Of a stretch of DNA of 64,000 nucleotides, positions 29,639 to 38,504 are shown piece after piece (the stretch's first letter is position 1; the number at the start of each line of letters is the position of its first letter). The notes under the pieces are model-generated. The model worked only from the letters and a program-made list of their open reading frames with translations. It was not told the DNA's origin and ran no database searches. The stretch spans positions 34,347-98,346 of the forward strand of contig JAIBAJ010000001.1 of the NCBI GenBank assembly GCA_019695265.1, written 5' to 3'. Source of the DNA: Bacteroidia bacterium. Its GTDB lineage: Bacteria > Bacteroidota > Bacteroidia > JAIBAJ01. The translations under genes were made by a program, and so were the position numbers.

Positions 29639-31501
29639 ATGTTTAGGCAGTTCCTGTTACTTTTATTTTTTGGATTATTGTTCGGTTTAAATACCATTGC
29701 CCAAAATCCCCTTAGCCCCGGTGATAGCAGGCCAGGCAATTACGAATATCAAAAGACAAACCGGCAATACAAGCATTTTTCGAAAAAGAGCTTTTACCTC
29801 AGCATGCGCGATGGGGTTAAGTTAGCGGTGGATGTGTACATTCCCAAGGGATTGAAAAAAGGACAAAAAATTCCGGCAATACTTTACCAAACCAGGTATT
29901 TTCGATCCATTCAACTTCGCGGTCCATTGTTGGGAAATGTGTTTAAAATGATTCCAAGTACCCCCAATTTCGAAATGAAGGAGTTCATTAGAAATGGTTA
30001 TGCCCTCATTTGTGTGGATGTTAGAGGTACAGGTTCTTCGTTTGGCAAACGAACCCTTTCCTTACCGGATTCCAATGAAATTAAGGATGGCGCTGAAGTG
30101 TGTGATTGGATTATCAAACAAAAATGGAGCGATGGAAAAATTGGCGCAACCGGCATTTCATACATTGGAATAACGGCCCAATTTCTAATGATGAACAGGC
30201 ATCCTGCAGTTAAAGCTGTTGCCCCTTTGTTTACACCGTTTGATTTTTACGACGATGTTGGTATGCCGGGTGGGATTTTTGCAGAAAAGTTCATTACCGG
30301 ATGGAATAAAGTGTGTGAACGAATGGATCAAGGAATCATTCCAAGGCATTTAGATTTTGTAAAGAAAATGTTGGTGAGTGGAGTTGGAAAAGCTGACCCC
30401 TGGAGAGGCTGGATTTTACGAAAAAAGGCATTTAATGACCATAAAGACAACTTTTATCAAAACCATCCTGGAACCGTTTTAGAATTTATGGATGACAGTT
30501 GCTCCCTGGATGGTTGTATACCTAGAAAAGCCTTTAAAAGCCCCCATTTGGTCTACCAGGAATTAAATCAAGATCAAGTTCCGGTTTATTCTTACACCGG
30601 TTGGTGGGACTTAGGCTTTACCAAAGGAGGAGTTAGGCAGTTTTTAAACTATTCAAATCCTCAAAACAAACTTATGCTGGGACCATGGAGCCATGGAGGA
30701 GTTACCAACATAAGTCATTACAGCTTAGGCAAAACCCAATTTGACCACATTGGTGAAGTGATGAAATTTTTCGATTACCACCTCAAAGGAATTTCAACCG
30801 GTATAGAGAAAGAACCCAAGGTTTCATACTATACCATCGGTGCCGAAAAATGGAACAGTTCCAACACCTGGCCTCCAGCTAATTCCATTCCGAATAAGGT
30901 TAGCGTTGGTAAAGATTGGCAGGCATCTGCCAAGGTTAATGATGGCTTTGTTTTGAAAGCAGATTCAAGTTTTGGAACCGGAATTTACTCCCGCTGGAAT
31001 TTAGGCTTTAGTCTTCCTCAAGCCGGTTTCCCTGATTTAAAAGACTGGGATCAAAAAACCTTGTACTTCCTTTCCAATCCCTTGGACCAAAATACCGAGG
31101 TGACAGGACATCCTGTCATTTCGTTGAAATTAAAATCGAACAAAACAGATGGTGCCCTGTTTGCCTACCTATTGGATGTAGATACAACCGGTAAGGTGCA
31201 TTATGTTTCGGAAGGACATTTGCGCCTTGCTCATTCAAAAACCTATGACAAACCGGTTAACTACCAAGATGTTGTACCTTACCACAGTTACTACCGAAAA
31301 GATGCCATTCAACTTTCTTCTGACGAATACACCCAAGTGGTTTTTGATTTTTTTCCGGTTTCTTATGAGTTTAGAAAAGGGCATCGAATGAAACTTGCCC
31401 TGGCAACAGGCGACAAAGATTATTTTCATGCCATAACCGAAGCTGATACCTATTACGAAATCAGTCAGGATTTGGAATTGACCTTACCGATACTTCATTA
31501 A
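29639..31501 (+). CDS. CocE/NonD-family alpha/beta hydrolase (X-Pro dipeptidyl-peptidase S15-like), secreted
   Basis: Signal peptide. DGVKLAVDVYIP and the nucleophile elbow GISYIGITA fit the CocE/NonD N-domain, followed by a large C-terminal beta-sandwich. Confidence 0.7.
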   Translation: MFRQFLLLLFFGLLFGLNTIAQNPLSPGDSRPGNYEYQKTNRQYKHFSKKSFYLSMRDGVKLAVDVYIPKGLKKGQKIPAILYQTRYFRSIQLRGPLLGNVFKMIPSTPNFEMKEFIRNGYALICVDVRGTGSSFGKRTLSLPDSNEIKDGAEVCDWIIKQKWSDGKIGATGISYIGITAQFLMMNRHPAVKAVAPLFTPFDFYDDVGMPGGIFAEKFITGWNKVCERMDQGIIPRHLDFVKKMLVSGVGKADPWRGWILRKKAFNDHKDNFYQNHPGTVLEFMDDSCSLDGCIPRKAFKSPHLVYQELNQDQVPVYSYTGWWDLGFTKGGVRQFLNYSNPQNKLMLGPWSHGGVTNISHYSLGKTQFDHIGEVMKFFDYHLKGISTGIEKEPKVSYYTIGAEKWNSSNTWPPANSIPNKVSVGKDWQASAKVNDGFVLKADSSFGTGIYSRWNLGFSLPQAGFPDLKDWDQKTLYFLSNPLDQNTEVTGHPVISLKLKSNKTDGALFAYLLDVDTTGKVHYVSEGHLRLAHSKTYDKPVNYQDVVPYHSYYRKDAIQLSSDEYTQVVFDFFPVSYEFRKGHRMKLALATGDKDYFHAITEADTYYEISQDLELTLPILH

Positions 31502-31529
31502 TCCAAATCGGAAAAGAACCAACTTTTCG

Positions 31530-31771
31530 GGGTTTAGCCGGGTAGGGATAGTGGCAGTTATACCGAATGGACATTATGTTTAGTCCAATTTTAGGTATTA
31601 ATTCCTATTGAAAAATAGGCCTAACATACTGTATACTCGGCATTTACCAATTTTAATTTATAAAAGCCTTCGGACTATTTATAAATTAAAATTGGTATAA
31701 CGCCGAAAGCCCGACCATTCGCCTTCCTTGGTTTGGATTAGGCACTGCTTTTGGTGCGAATGGGACCCGCC
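31530..31771 (-). repeat. Family-1b repeat, copy E, interrupted by a family-2 element
   Basis: The reverse complement reads GGCGGGTCCCATTCGC...ATGGTCGGGCTTTCGGCGTTA, then the family-2 insert, then TAACTGCCACTATCCCTACCCGG. The flanks align with copy B1 (15461-15610). Confidence 0.8.
31561..31697 (-). repeat. Family-2 repeat (about 137 bp), nested inside family-1 copy E
   Basis: Near-identical to 39965-40102. It carries a perfect 20-bp inverted repeat TACCAATTTTAATTTATAAA / TTTATAAATTAAAATTGGTA with a 13-nt loop. Confidence 0.85.
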
Positions 31772-31788
31772 AAATAAAAAACAAAAAA

Positions 31789-34700
31789 TTACACCCTAAC
31801 AACTTCCGAATTGGCGGTGTAATAAAGAAGCAACTCACTGACTTTCAAACCCATATCACTCAATGATTCTCCATACTCTTTTAATTGCTTTTGATGCTTT
31901 GGAGAAGGCAAGCCGGTTTTAAAATCGATAATCACTGCCTTTCCATCGGCGACAAGCACCCGATCGGGACGCAAGGTTTTGCCATTGGGTAAAAGAATTT
32001 CCTGTTCATTGAGCACTTCCCACTCGGGGCTGAAATACTTTTGAAGGTCGGAATGAGCAACCAACTGCTGAAGATAATGGATAAATTCGGCCAGGTCGCT
32101 ATCGGCAAGTCGCTGATTTTGAACAAGTTTCATGGATGCCGATTCAACATCCTCCTTGGTTTTTATATATGACATGGCTTCGTGAACCAACACTCCATAT
32201 TGAATAGCCCGGCGAGAAGGAGAGGACTGATTTTTATTCAAATCGGCTTTCACCAGGAGGTTTTGCCTCCAATTTGCCGAAGTGGTTAACTTGGTTTGAT
32301 AAACCGGATTTTCTGAAAGTGTTTCGCGTGAAGGCTTGCTTGGTTGAACCGGTTGCCCCCAGCGGTAAAGACCTTCAGCGATTTGGGCTCCGGAGCTGAT
32401 GGCAAAATCGGACAACTGCAGAAAAGGGTTATCGTTGGCTTTGGGATGGAGCTTTTGAAAAAGGTATAAACGTTCGCGAGGGCGGGTAGTTGCTACATAG
32501 AGCAGGTTGGCTTTATCGAGAATTGCCTTATCTTTTTGGAGATCATACAGCATTCCGGCATCGGTTCCGGCAAGGTGTGAACTTGAAGTAAGCAATACAT
32601 TGGGTATGGGCAAATTGGGCGAATCGTACCAAAAGAGAAAGCCTTTACTTGATTCAAATTGGATAAACGGAATAATAACCACCGGGAATTCCAGACCTTT
32701 GGATTTATGAATAGACATAACGGTAATGGAATTGGAGGCCTGAGCTGATTTTACCTTTAGGTTGTTCTTATTTTCTTCGAAATAGGATAAAAAAGCCATT
32801 AAGTTATCGCCATACCTTTTGCTATAATTGAGGGCTTCATCGAGTAAGAACTGGGTATTGATATCCATTTGAGTAAGCCAAAAATTAGCCAGTTCCAGGA
32901 ATAAATCATGCAAGGGTAAACCAAGCAGATAAGAGCGAGAGGGAGGGTTGGATTTAAGGTCCAACAATGGCTGCAAACCCTGCTTTTTCACTTTTGACAA
33001 CAGAGAATCAAGGTCGAGGTTTAGTTGGGCGCTCAGGTATTTAGACGCGGTTGCCAAGGACAAGGTATCGGAAGGATAGGCAATAGCGCCGGCCAAGGCG
33101 ATTAACAGTTTCACATTGGGGGAAGAAACAATCAGCAAGGACTCGGCAGACAGCACCTGGATTCCTTCTTTCAGCAATTGCTCGGCCAGGTAGGCACCAA
33201 ATCTGTTTTTGGTAGTAAGGATGGTTATATCGGAATAGGAATAACCATCTTGAACTGCTTGTTGAATGGTTTGCAAAGTCCAGTCCCAATTTACCTGATA
33301 CCCATCAACTTCGTCCTCTTTGGAAGTTTGCCAGGTTTGCAATTGCACCATTCCACCGGTATTGGATGGTTCAAACCCTTGTTCGTAGTCGGTAAAAATA
33401 GACTGGTTGCGCGGTGAAAGATGTTGACAAAGAAAGGAGTAGAAGGCATTGTTAAATTCAATAATTTCTCTTTTGCTTCGGCGATTGACGCTGAGGTTAA
33501 ACAATTCGAAGTTATCGTTTAGTCGGGCTTCGCGAATGGCTTTAAGTTGAAAAAATCGTTTGTTTTCATCGGTCGAAAGTTGCCGTGCCAGTAGTCCCGG
33601 AGAAAGGTAGATAGCTGGTAATTTGGCAAATTGTTCAACCTCACCGCCTCTGAACCGATAAATAGCTTGTTTGGCATCACCCACCAAAAGGTTATAGTTT
33701 CCATTGGAAAGAGATTCATCGATGAGGGGCAACAGGTTAAGCCATTGCATCACTGAGGTATCTTGAAACTCGTCGATGAGGAAACTACGGTAACGTTGGC
33801 CAATTTTTTCATACACAAAAGGGGCGGGCTCAGTAGAAACAATGGCACTGATTTTCAGATTAAACTCACTAATCAGCACCACATTCAACGTTTCCTTTAT
33901 TTCCTGAAATGCTTTTTCAATTTCATTGATAACTACCAGAGAATTAAAGGTTTTTAGGATATTTTTATAGAGAATAAGAGTGGGGTAATCTGTTTCAATA
34001 AAATCCAGGTAGCGTTTATATACCAAGGTAATATCGTTTAGATATGGATCGAGTTGGCTTTGCAAATGGCTCTTGTCTTTGGCAAACCATTCCCCATTTT
34101 CAACAGCTTTTTCTACATGTGAATTAGGTTTTTTAAACTCCCCATTAACCAACTTTTTCCAATGGACACCAAATCCACTATTACCATTTTTAAAATCAAT
34201 CAATAATACTCCCGATTTATCAAGAATGGCCAGCATATCAACGCCTATATTCTTACCCTTATTTTCTAATTCAACCACTTTCTGTTTAAACTCCACCTTC
34301 TTATCGAGCAGGGCAGAAATGGAATAGTCGCGGTAATTGTCGAGTTGTAAATAGCTTTCTTCTTTTAATTGTTCCTTTGCAAAAGAAAACAGATTATCAA
34401 AAATTTTATAGGACGATTCCCCCTCTAGTTTATCTAAGGCGAACTCGGTTAGGGCAATTTTAAGAACTTCATTATTGGCAACCTCATCCAACACCTTGGT
34501 AATGGCTTGGGTTAAGACTTTTTCCGAATCCAATTCCACCTCAAAATCCTGGCTTAAGCCCAAATCGCGTGCAAAGCTGCGAATAACCTTGGAGGTAAAT
34601 TTATCGATGGTTTGAATAGAAAAATCCTCGTATTGGTGTAGAATGGTTCGAAAAATGCGTAAGCTCCGTTCGGTGATAATACTTGGAGACAATTGAAGTT

Positions 34701-34950
34701 CGGCCGACAGAACCTCCCCCATGGCTTGCACTTTCGAATTCCAGGGCCAGGATGAAAGACCTTCCAAACTGGAAATGACACGGTTCTTCATTTCTGCGGT
34801 GGCCTTATTGGTAAAAGTTATTGCCAATATGCCACGGAAGGTAGAAGCATCGCCTTGCTCCATTCCGCGCAGACATAATTTAAGGTATTCCTTGACCAGG
34901 GTAAAGGTTTTTCCTGATCCGGCTGAGGACCTGTAAACTGAAAATGCCAT
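31789..34950 (-). CDS. UvrD/Rep-family helicase with C-terminal PD-(D/E)XK nuclease domain (AddA/RecB-like helicase-nuclease)
   Basis: Walker A SSAGSGKTFTL at the N-terminus with UvrD-like motifs through the first ~700 aa. The C-terminal DRVLVADGKAVIIDFKTG matches the RecB-type nuclease motif. Start taken at ATG 34950 (MAFSVYR). Confidence 0.75.
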   Translation of the reverse strand: MAFSVYRSSAGSGKTFTLVKEYLKLCLRGMEQGDASTFRGILAITFTNKATAEMKNRVISSLEGLSSWPWNSKVQAMGEVLSAELQLSPSIITERSLRIFRTILHQYEDFSIQTIDKFTSKVIRSFARDLGLSQDFEVELDSEKVLTQAITKVLDEVANNEVLKIALTEFALDKLEGESSYKIFDNLFSFAKEQLKEESYLQLDNYRDYSISALLDKKVEFKQKVVELENKGKNIGVDMLAILDKSGVLLIDFKNGNSGFGVHWKKLVNGEFKKPNSHVEKAVENGEWFAKDKSHLQSQLDPYLNDITLVYKRYLDFIETDYPTLILYKNILKTFNSLVVINEIEKAFQEIKETLNVVLISEFNLKISAIVSTEPAPFVYEKIGQRYRSFLIDEFQDTSVMQWLNLLPLIDESLSNGNYNLLVGDAKQAIYRFRGGEVEQFAKLPAIYLSPGLLARQLSTDENKRFFQLKAIREARLNDNFELFNLSVNRRSKREIIEFNNAFYSFLCQHLSPRNQSIFTDYEQGFEPSNTGGMVQLQTWQTSKEDEVDGYQVNWDWTLQTIQQAVQDGYSYSDITILTTKNRFGAYLAEQLLKEGIQVLSAESLLIVSSPNVKLLIALAGAIAYPSDTLSLATASKYLSAQLNLDLDSLLSKVKKQGLQPLLDLKSNPPSRSYLLGLPLHDLFLELANFWLTQMDINTQFLLDEALNYSKRYGDNLMAFLSYFEENKNNLKVKSAQASNSITVMSIHKSKGLEFPVVIIPFIQFESSKGFLFWYDSPNLPIPNVLLTSSSHLAGTDAGMLYDLQKDKAILDKANLLYVATTRPRERLYLFQKLHPKANDNPFLQLSDFAISSGAQIAEGLYRWGQPVQPSKPSRETLSENPVYQTKLTTSANWRQNLLVKADLNKNQSSPSRRAIQYGVLVHEAMSYIKTKEDVESASMKLVQNQRLADSDLAEFIHYLQQLVAHSDLQKYFSPEWEVLNEQEILLPNGKTLRPDRVLVADGKAVIIDFKTGLPSPKHQKQLKEYGESLSDMGLKVSELLLYYTANSEVVRV

Positions 34951-35141
34951 TTCTGAGGTTTTGCCGACTAAAGTAACTAAAGCCTGTGTAACCAACCGGA
35001 AAAAGCAAGTTGAAATCGATATACTTTTTATGAACAATTGAAAATTTCTCGGGCAAACTCCTTAATTTTGTATTCGTCATGGGGAAAGTACCTTGGCAAT
35101 TTCAGTAGTCAATTAAGTTTAATCCTTTCAATATCAAACCA

Positions 35142-35549
35142 ATGCCAAACGAAATTATCGGACGCATTTTCAAATTTGCCGGAGAAACCACCGGACAAGG
35201 AGCCAATGGTCCTTGGGTAAAATCAACCGTTATTTTAGAAACCACTACAGACCGCTATCCAAAAAAGATCGCTTGTCAATTTTGGACCGACAAAGCCAAT
35301 GAGATTAAAAATTATAAAGTTGGTGACGAGGTAAGGGTTTCGTTTGATGTGGAAAGCCGCGAATACAACGATCGCTGGTACACCGATCTTAGAGCATGGA
35401 AAGTAGAACGTATGGGAGCTACTGCAGCACCTGGAGCATCCTACACTCAGGCTCAACCTACTTCAGCCTATGCAGCAACTTCTGAACCAAATGGAGCGGA
35501 TGCCTTTAATCCGAGTTTGGCTGCTGCCGATGATGATTTGCCGTTCTAA
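35142..35549 (+). CDS. DUF3127-family protein (OB-fold-like)
   Basis: MPNEIIGRIFKFAGETT...WVKSTVILETTTDRYPKKIACQFWTDKANEI matches the conserved N-terminus of the Bacteroidota DUF3127 family. The low-complexity Ala/Ser tail ends in DDDLPF. Confidence 0.6.
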   Translation: MPNEIIGRIFKFAGETTGQGANGPWVKSTVILETTTDRYPKKIACQFWTDKANEIKNYKVGDEVRVSFDVESREYNDRWYTDLRAWKVERMGATAAPGASYTQAQPTSAYAATSEPNGADAFNPSLAAADDDLPF

Positions 35550-35567
35550 TTTAAACCCCCTATCTTT

Positions 35568-35603
35568 AAAAGCCGATTCCTTGCCGAATCGGCTTTTTTT
35601 TTA
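35568..35603 (+). terminator. Rho-independent terminator after the DUF3127 gene
   Basis: AGCCGATTC-CTTGCC-GAATCGGCT followed by a T-run of nine. It lies 19 bp after the stop. Confidence 0.8.
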
Positions 35604-35687
35604 CCCTTAAAGAACTTCCTTATGTAACATTAGTATCTGTTTATACCAAAAAAAGGGTATACTTTTGCCTTCCCAATTGAAGAGAAA

Positions 35688-37106
35688 ATGAAAATTGAAC
35701 AAATTTATACCGGCTGCCTGGCCCAAGGTGCTTATTATATTGTTTCCGAAGGTGAAGCAGCCATTATTGACCCATTACGCGAAACCCAACCTTACATAGA
35801 CAGATTGGAACGCGATGGTGTGAAATTAAAATATATACTCGAAACTCACTTCCATGCCGATTTTGTTTCCGGACACCTCGACCTCAGCAAAAAAACCGGT
35901 GCTCCCATCGTTTATGGACCTCTAGCTAAACCCGAATTCGATGCCATCATTGCCGAAGACGGTCAACTTTTGCCATTGGGTAAGCTAAACCTTCAAGTGC
36001 TTCATACCCCCGGACATACCTTAGAAAGCACCACCTATCTATTGAAAGATGAAAATGGAAAAGATTATTGCATTTTCTCAGGCGATACCCTGTTTTTGGG
36101 CGATGTAGGAAGACCCGACCTAGCTCAAAAAGCAGCCAATATGACCCAGGATGAATTGGCCGGCTTGCTTTACGAAAGCCTGTATAACAAGATTTTACCT
36201 TTAGCCGATGATGTTATTGTGTATCCGGCACACGGCGCAGGGAGTGCTTGTGGTAAAAACATGATGAAAGAAACTGTGGACACCCTGGGAAATCAAAAAC
36301 GCATGAATTATGCCCTTAACCAGGCTTCGAAACAAGATTTTATTGTCGCTGTTACCGATGGCTTATTGCCTCCTCCCGCCTATTTTGGAATGAATGTAGC
36401 CATGAATAAAAAGGGTTACCAAAGCTTTGAAACCGTTTTAAACAATGGCATGAGAGCTCTCAACGCCAATGAATTTGAAGTGGCTGCCGAAACCGCCGGT
36501 GGGGCGCTATTGCTTGATACCCGGGATAGTAAAAACTTCTGCAAAGGATTTATACCGCAATCAATAAACATTGGCATTAATGGAGATTTTGCCCCTTGGG
36601 TGGGTGCCCTGATCGGCGATGTAAATCAGCCCATTTTGCTTATTACAGAGCCCGGAAAAGAGCAGGAAACCGTTACCCGCCTTACCCGCGTTGGTTTCGA
36701 CAACATCTTGGGTCATTTGGCAGGCGGTTTCGAAACCTGGGTAAACGCCGGTAAAGAAGTAGACCGCGTAAACCGAATTTCGGCCACCCAATTTGCCCGG
36801 GATTTTGATGTTAAAACCGATATGGTCATCGATATTCGCAAAGAAACAGAATATGCTGCAGAGCACGTGGAAGAAGCCTTTAACAAGCCTTTGTCCGACA
36901 TAAATGAATGGATAAAGGACATTAACCAAAACCAACATTTCTTTTTGCATTGCGCCGGTGGTTACCGCAGCATGATTGCAGCTAGCATTCTTCAGGCCAG
37001 AGGTTTCCGCAATTTTTCCGAAGTGGAAGGTGGATTTAAATCCATTGCCGAAACAGAAGTGCCAAGAACCAATTTTATTTGCCAAAGCAAGCTGATTGCC
37101 AAATAG
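35688..37106 (+). CDS. MBL-fold metallo-hydrolase fused to tandem rhodanese domains (persulfide dioxygenase-sulfurtransferase, CstB/ETHE1-like)
   Basis: ETHFHADFVSGH metal-binding motif, HTPGHT and AHGAGS. The C-terminal half has two rhodanese-like domains, with the active-site Cys region in HCAGGYRS. Confidence 0.7.
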   Translation: MKIEQIYTGCLAQGAYYIVSEGEAAIIDPLRETQPYIDRLERDGVKLKYILETHFHADFVSGHLDLSKKTGAPIVYGPLAKPEFDAIIAEDGQLLPLGKLNLQVLHTPGHTLESTTYLLKDENGKDYCIFSGDTLFLGDVGRPDLAQKAANMTQDELAGLLYESLYNKILPLADDVIVYPAHGAGSACGKNMMKETVDTLGNQKRMNYALNQASKQDFIVAVTDGLLPPPAYFGMNVAMNKKGYQSFETVLNNGMRALNANEFEVAAETAGGALLLDTRDSKNFCKGFIPQSINIGINGDFAPWVGALIGDVNQPILLITEPGKEQETVTRLTRVGFDNILGHLAGGFETWVNAGKEVDRVNRISATQFARDFDVKTDMVIDIRKETEYAAEHVEEAFNKPLSDINEWIKDINQNQHFFLHCAGGYRSMIAASILQARGFRNFSEVEGGFKSIAETEVPRTNFICQSKLIAK

Positions 37107-37148
37107 TTAAACATTTATTTTTAGAAGAATTTTTTATTTTTTTTGGAT

Positions 37149-37295
37149 GCGGGTACCTTCGCATGGGCTTTGCACAGTGAACAAAGTTGAGTAAGGCTCA
37201 GGTCCGGGCTATTCGTTCCAAGTCCTCGCTGCCTAGGCTATCGCCGTAGGCAGCTGTGGGCTTTCCACTGCTATCCCTACCCGGGGTGCAAAGCC
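37149..37295 (+). repeat. Family-1b repeat, copy D
   Basis: GCGGGTACCTTCGCAT...GGCTCAGGTCCGGGCTATTCGTTCCAAGTCCTCGC...CTGTGGGCTTTCCACTGCTATCCCTACCCGG. The reverse complement of 58944-59084 aligns along its whole length. Confidence 0.8.
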
Positions 37296-37683
37296 TAAAT
37301 GTAGTGCTTTGAATCGAGGTATAAGGGTTGCCGAACCAAACTTATACCTTGCAAACAACCAAACCCCAGATGGCTTGGAAGCCTACAGCCCCTAAGCTAA
37401 ACCCGGTAGAGCCAAATAGCTTTGCCACCCCGAAAAGCCCGTGAAAAGGCATGAACTTGGATGGCAAACTATGGGCGATAACGGGGATGAAGATTTTTCG
37501 GGCAGCTAACCCTCGTTTTCAAAAAAAACAAACAACTTCTTATTATTCTAAGCCTTATGTAACTTTTGTAGCTAAGCAACGGGGACCAAGCAACTACATT
37601 TGCCGATATTAATCAATTTAGGTTTTACCTTTACTTGGCTTCCGGAATGAAAAATCCAAGTACATTGGCGGCCTGAGTTAAAG

Positions 37684-38493
37684 GTGGAGCAAATGGAAAT
37701 TGCAGGATTTTTGGCATCGATTTTTATTGGAATAACCCTAGGACTCATTGGCGGAGGGGGAAGCATTTTGACCGTTCCGGTATTGGTATACCTTTTTGGC
37801 GTGGAACCGGTGCTGGCAACTGCTTATTCTTTGTTTATTGTTGGACTTACCAGTGCGGTGGGTTCGCTGAGTTATTTTAGGAAAAATTTAGTGAACGTGA
37901 AAACGGCTTTGGTTTTTGGAATGCCATCGATTGCAGCCGTATTTGCAACCCGAGCCTACCTCGTTCCGGCCATACCCAAAGAGGTGATGGAAATTGATGG
38001 TTGGGTATTAAGCAAAAATTTACTGTTGATGTTGCTTTTTGCTGTTTTAATGATTGCAGCCTCGTATAGCATGATTAAAAAAGATCCACCATCGTCCGGA
38101 AAAAAATCGGAAGGAGATCAGGTTTTTAATTATCCACTTATTTTGATTGAAGGAATGATTGTGGGCATTTTAACCGGTTTGGTTGGTGCCGGTGGAGGAT
38201 TTTTGATTATTCCGGCACTTGTTATTTTGAGTAAATTACCCATGAAGGAGGCTGTAGGAACCTCGTTGGTGATAATTGCGGCAAAATCATTGATTGGCTT
38301 TTTGGGTGAAGGTTCAGAAACAGTTATTGATTGGGTATTTTTGGCCAAAGTTTCAAGCTTTGCTATTGTAGGAATTGTTATTGGATCCTATTTATCGAAA
38401 AACATAGACGGTTCCAAATTAAAACCAGCGTTTGGATGGTTTGTGTTGGTGATGGGAATTTATATTATTGCCAAGGAAACCCTTCTAAAATAG
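37684..38493 (+). CDS. TauE/SafE-family sulfite/sulfur-anion exporter
   Basis: 269 aa with 7-8 TM helices. The duplicated GGGGSILTVPVL / GAGGGFLIIPAL motifs are typical of TauE. Confidence 0.75.
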   Translation: MEQMEIAGFLASIFIGITLGLIGGGGSILTVPVLVYLFGVEPVLATAYSLFIVGLTSAVGSLSYFRKNLVNVKTALVFGMPSIAAVFATRAYLVPAIPKEVMEIDGWVLSKNLLLMLLFAVLMIAASYSMIKKDPPSSGKKSEGDQVFNYPLILIEGMIVGILTGLVGAGGGFLIIPALVILSKLPMKEAVGTSLVIIAAKSLIGFLGEGSETVIDWVFLAKVSSFAIVGIVIGSYLSKNIDGSKLKPAFGWFVLVMGIYIIAKETLLK

Positions 38494-38504
38494 GATAATA
38501 TAAG

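Noticed and set aside
36561-37085. 174-aa minus-strand ORF
   Set aside because: Antisense within the MBL/rhodanese gene, which has strong catalytic motifs on the plus strand.
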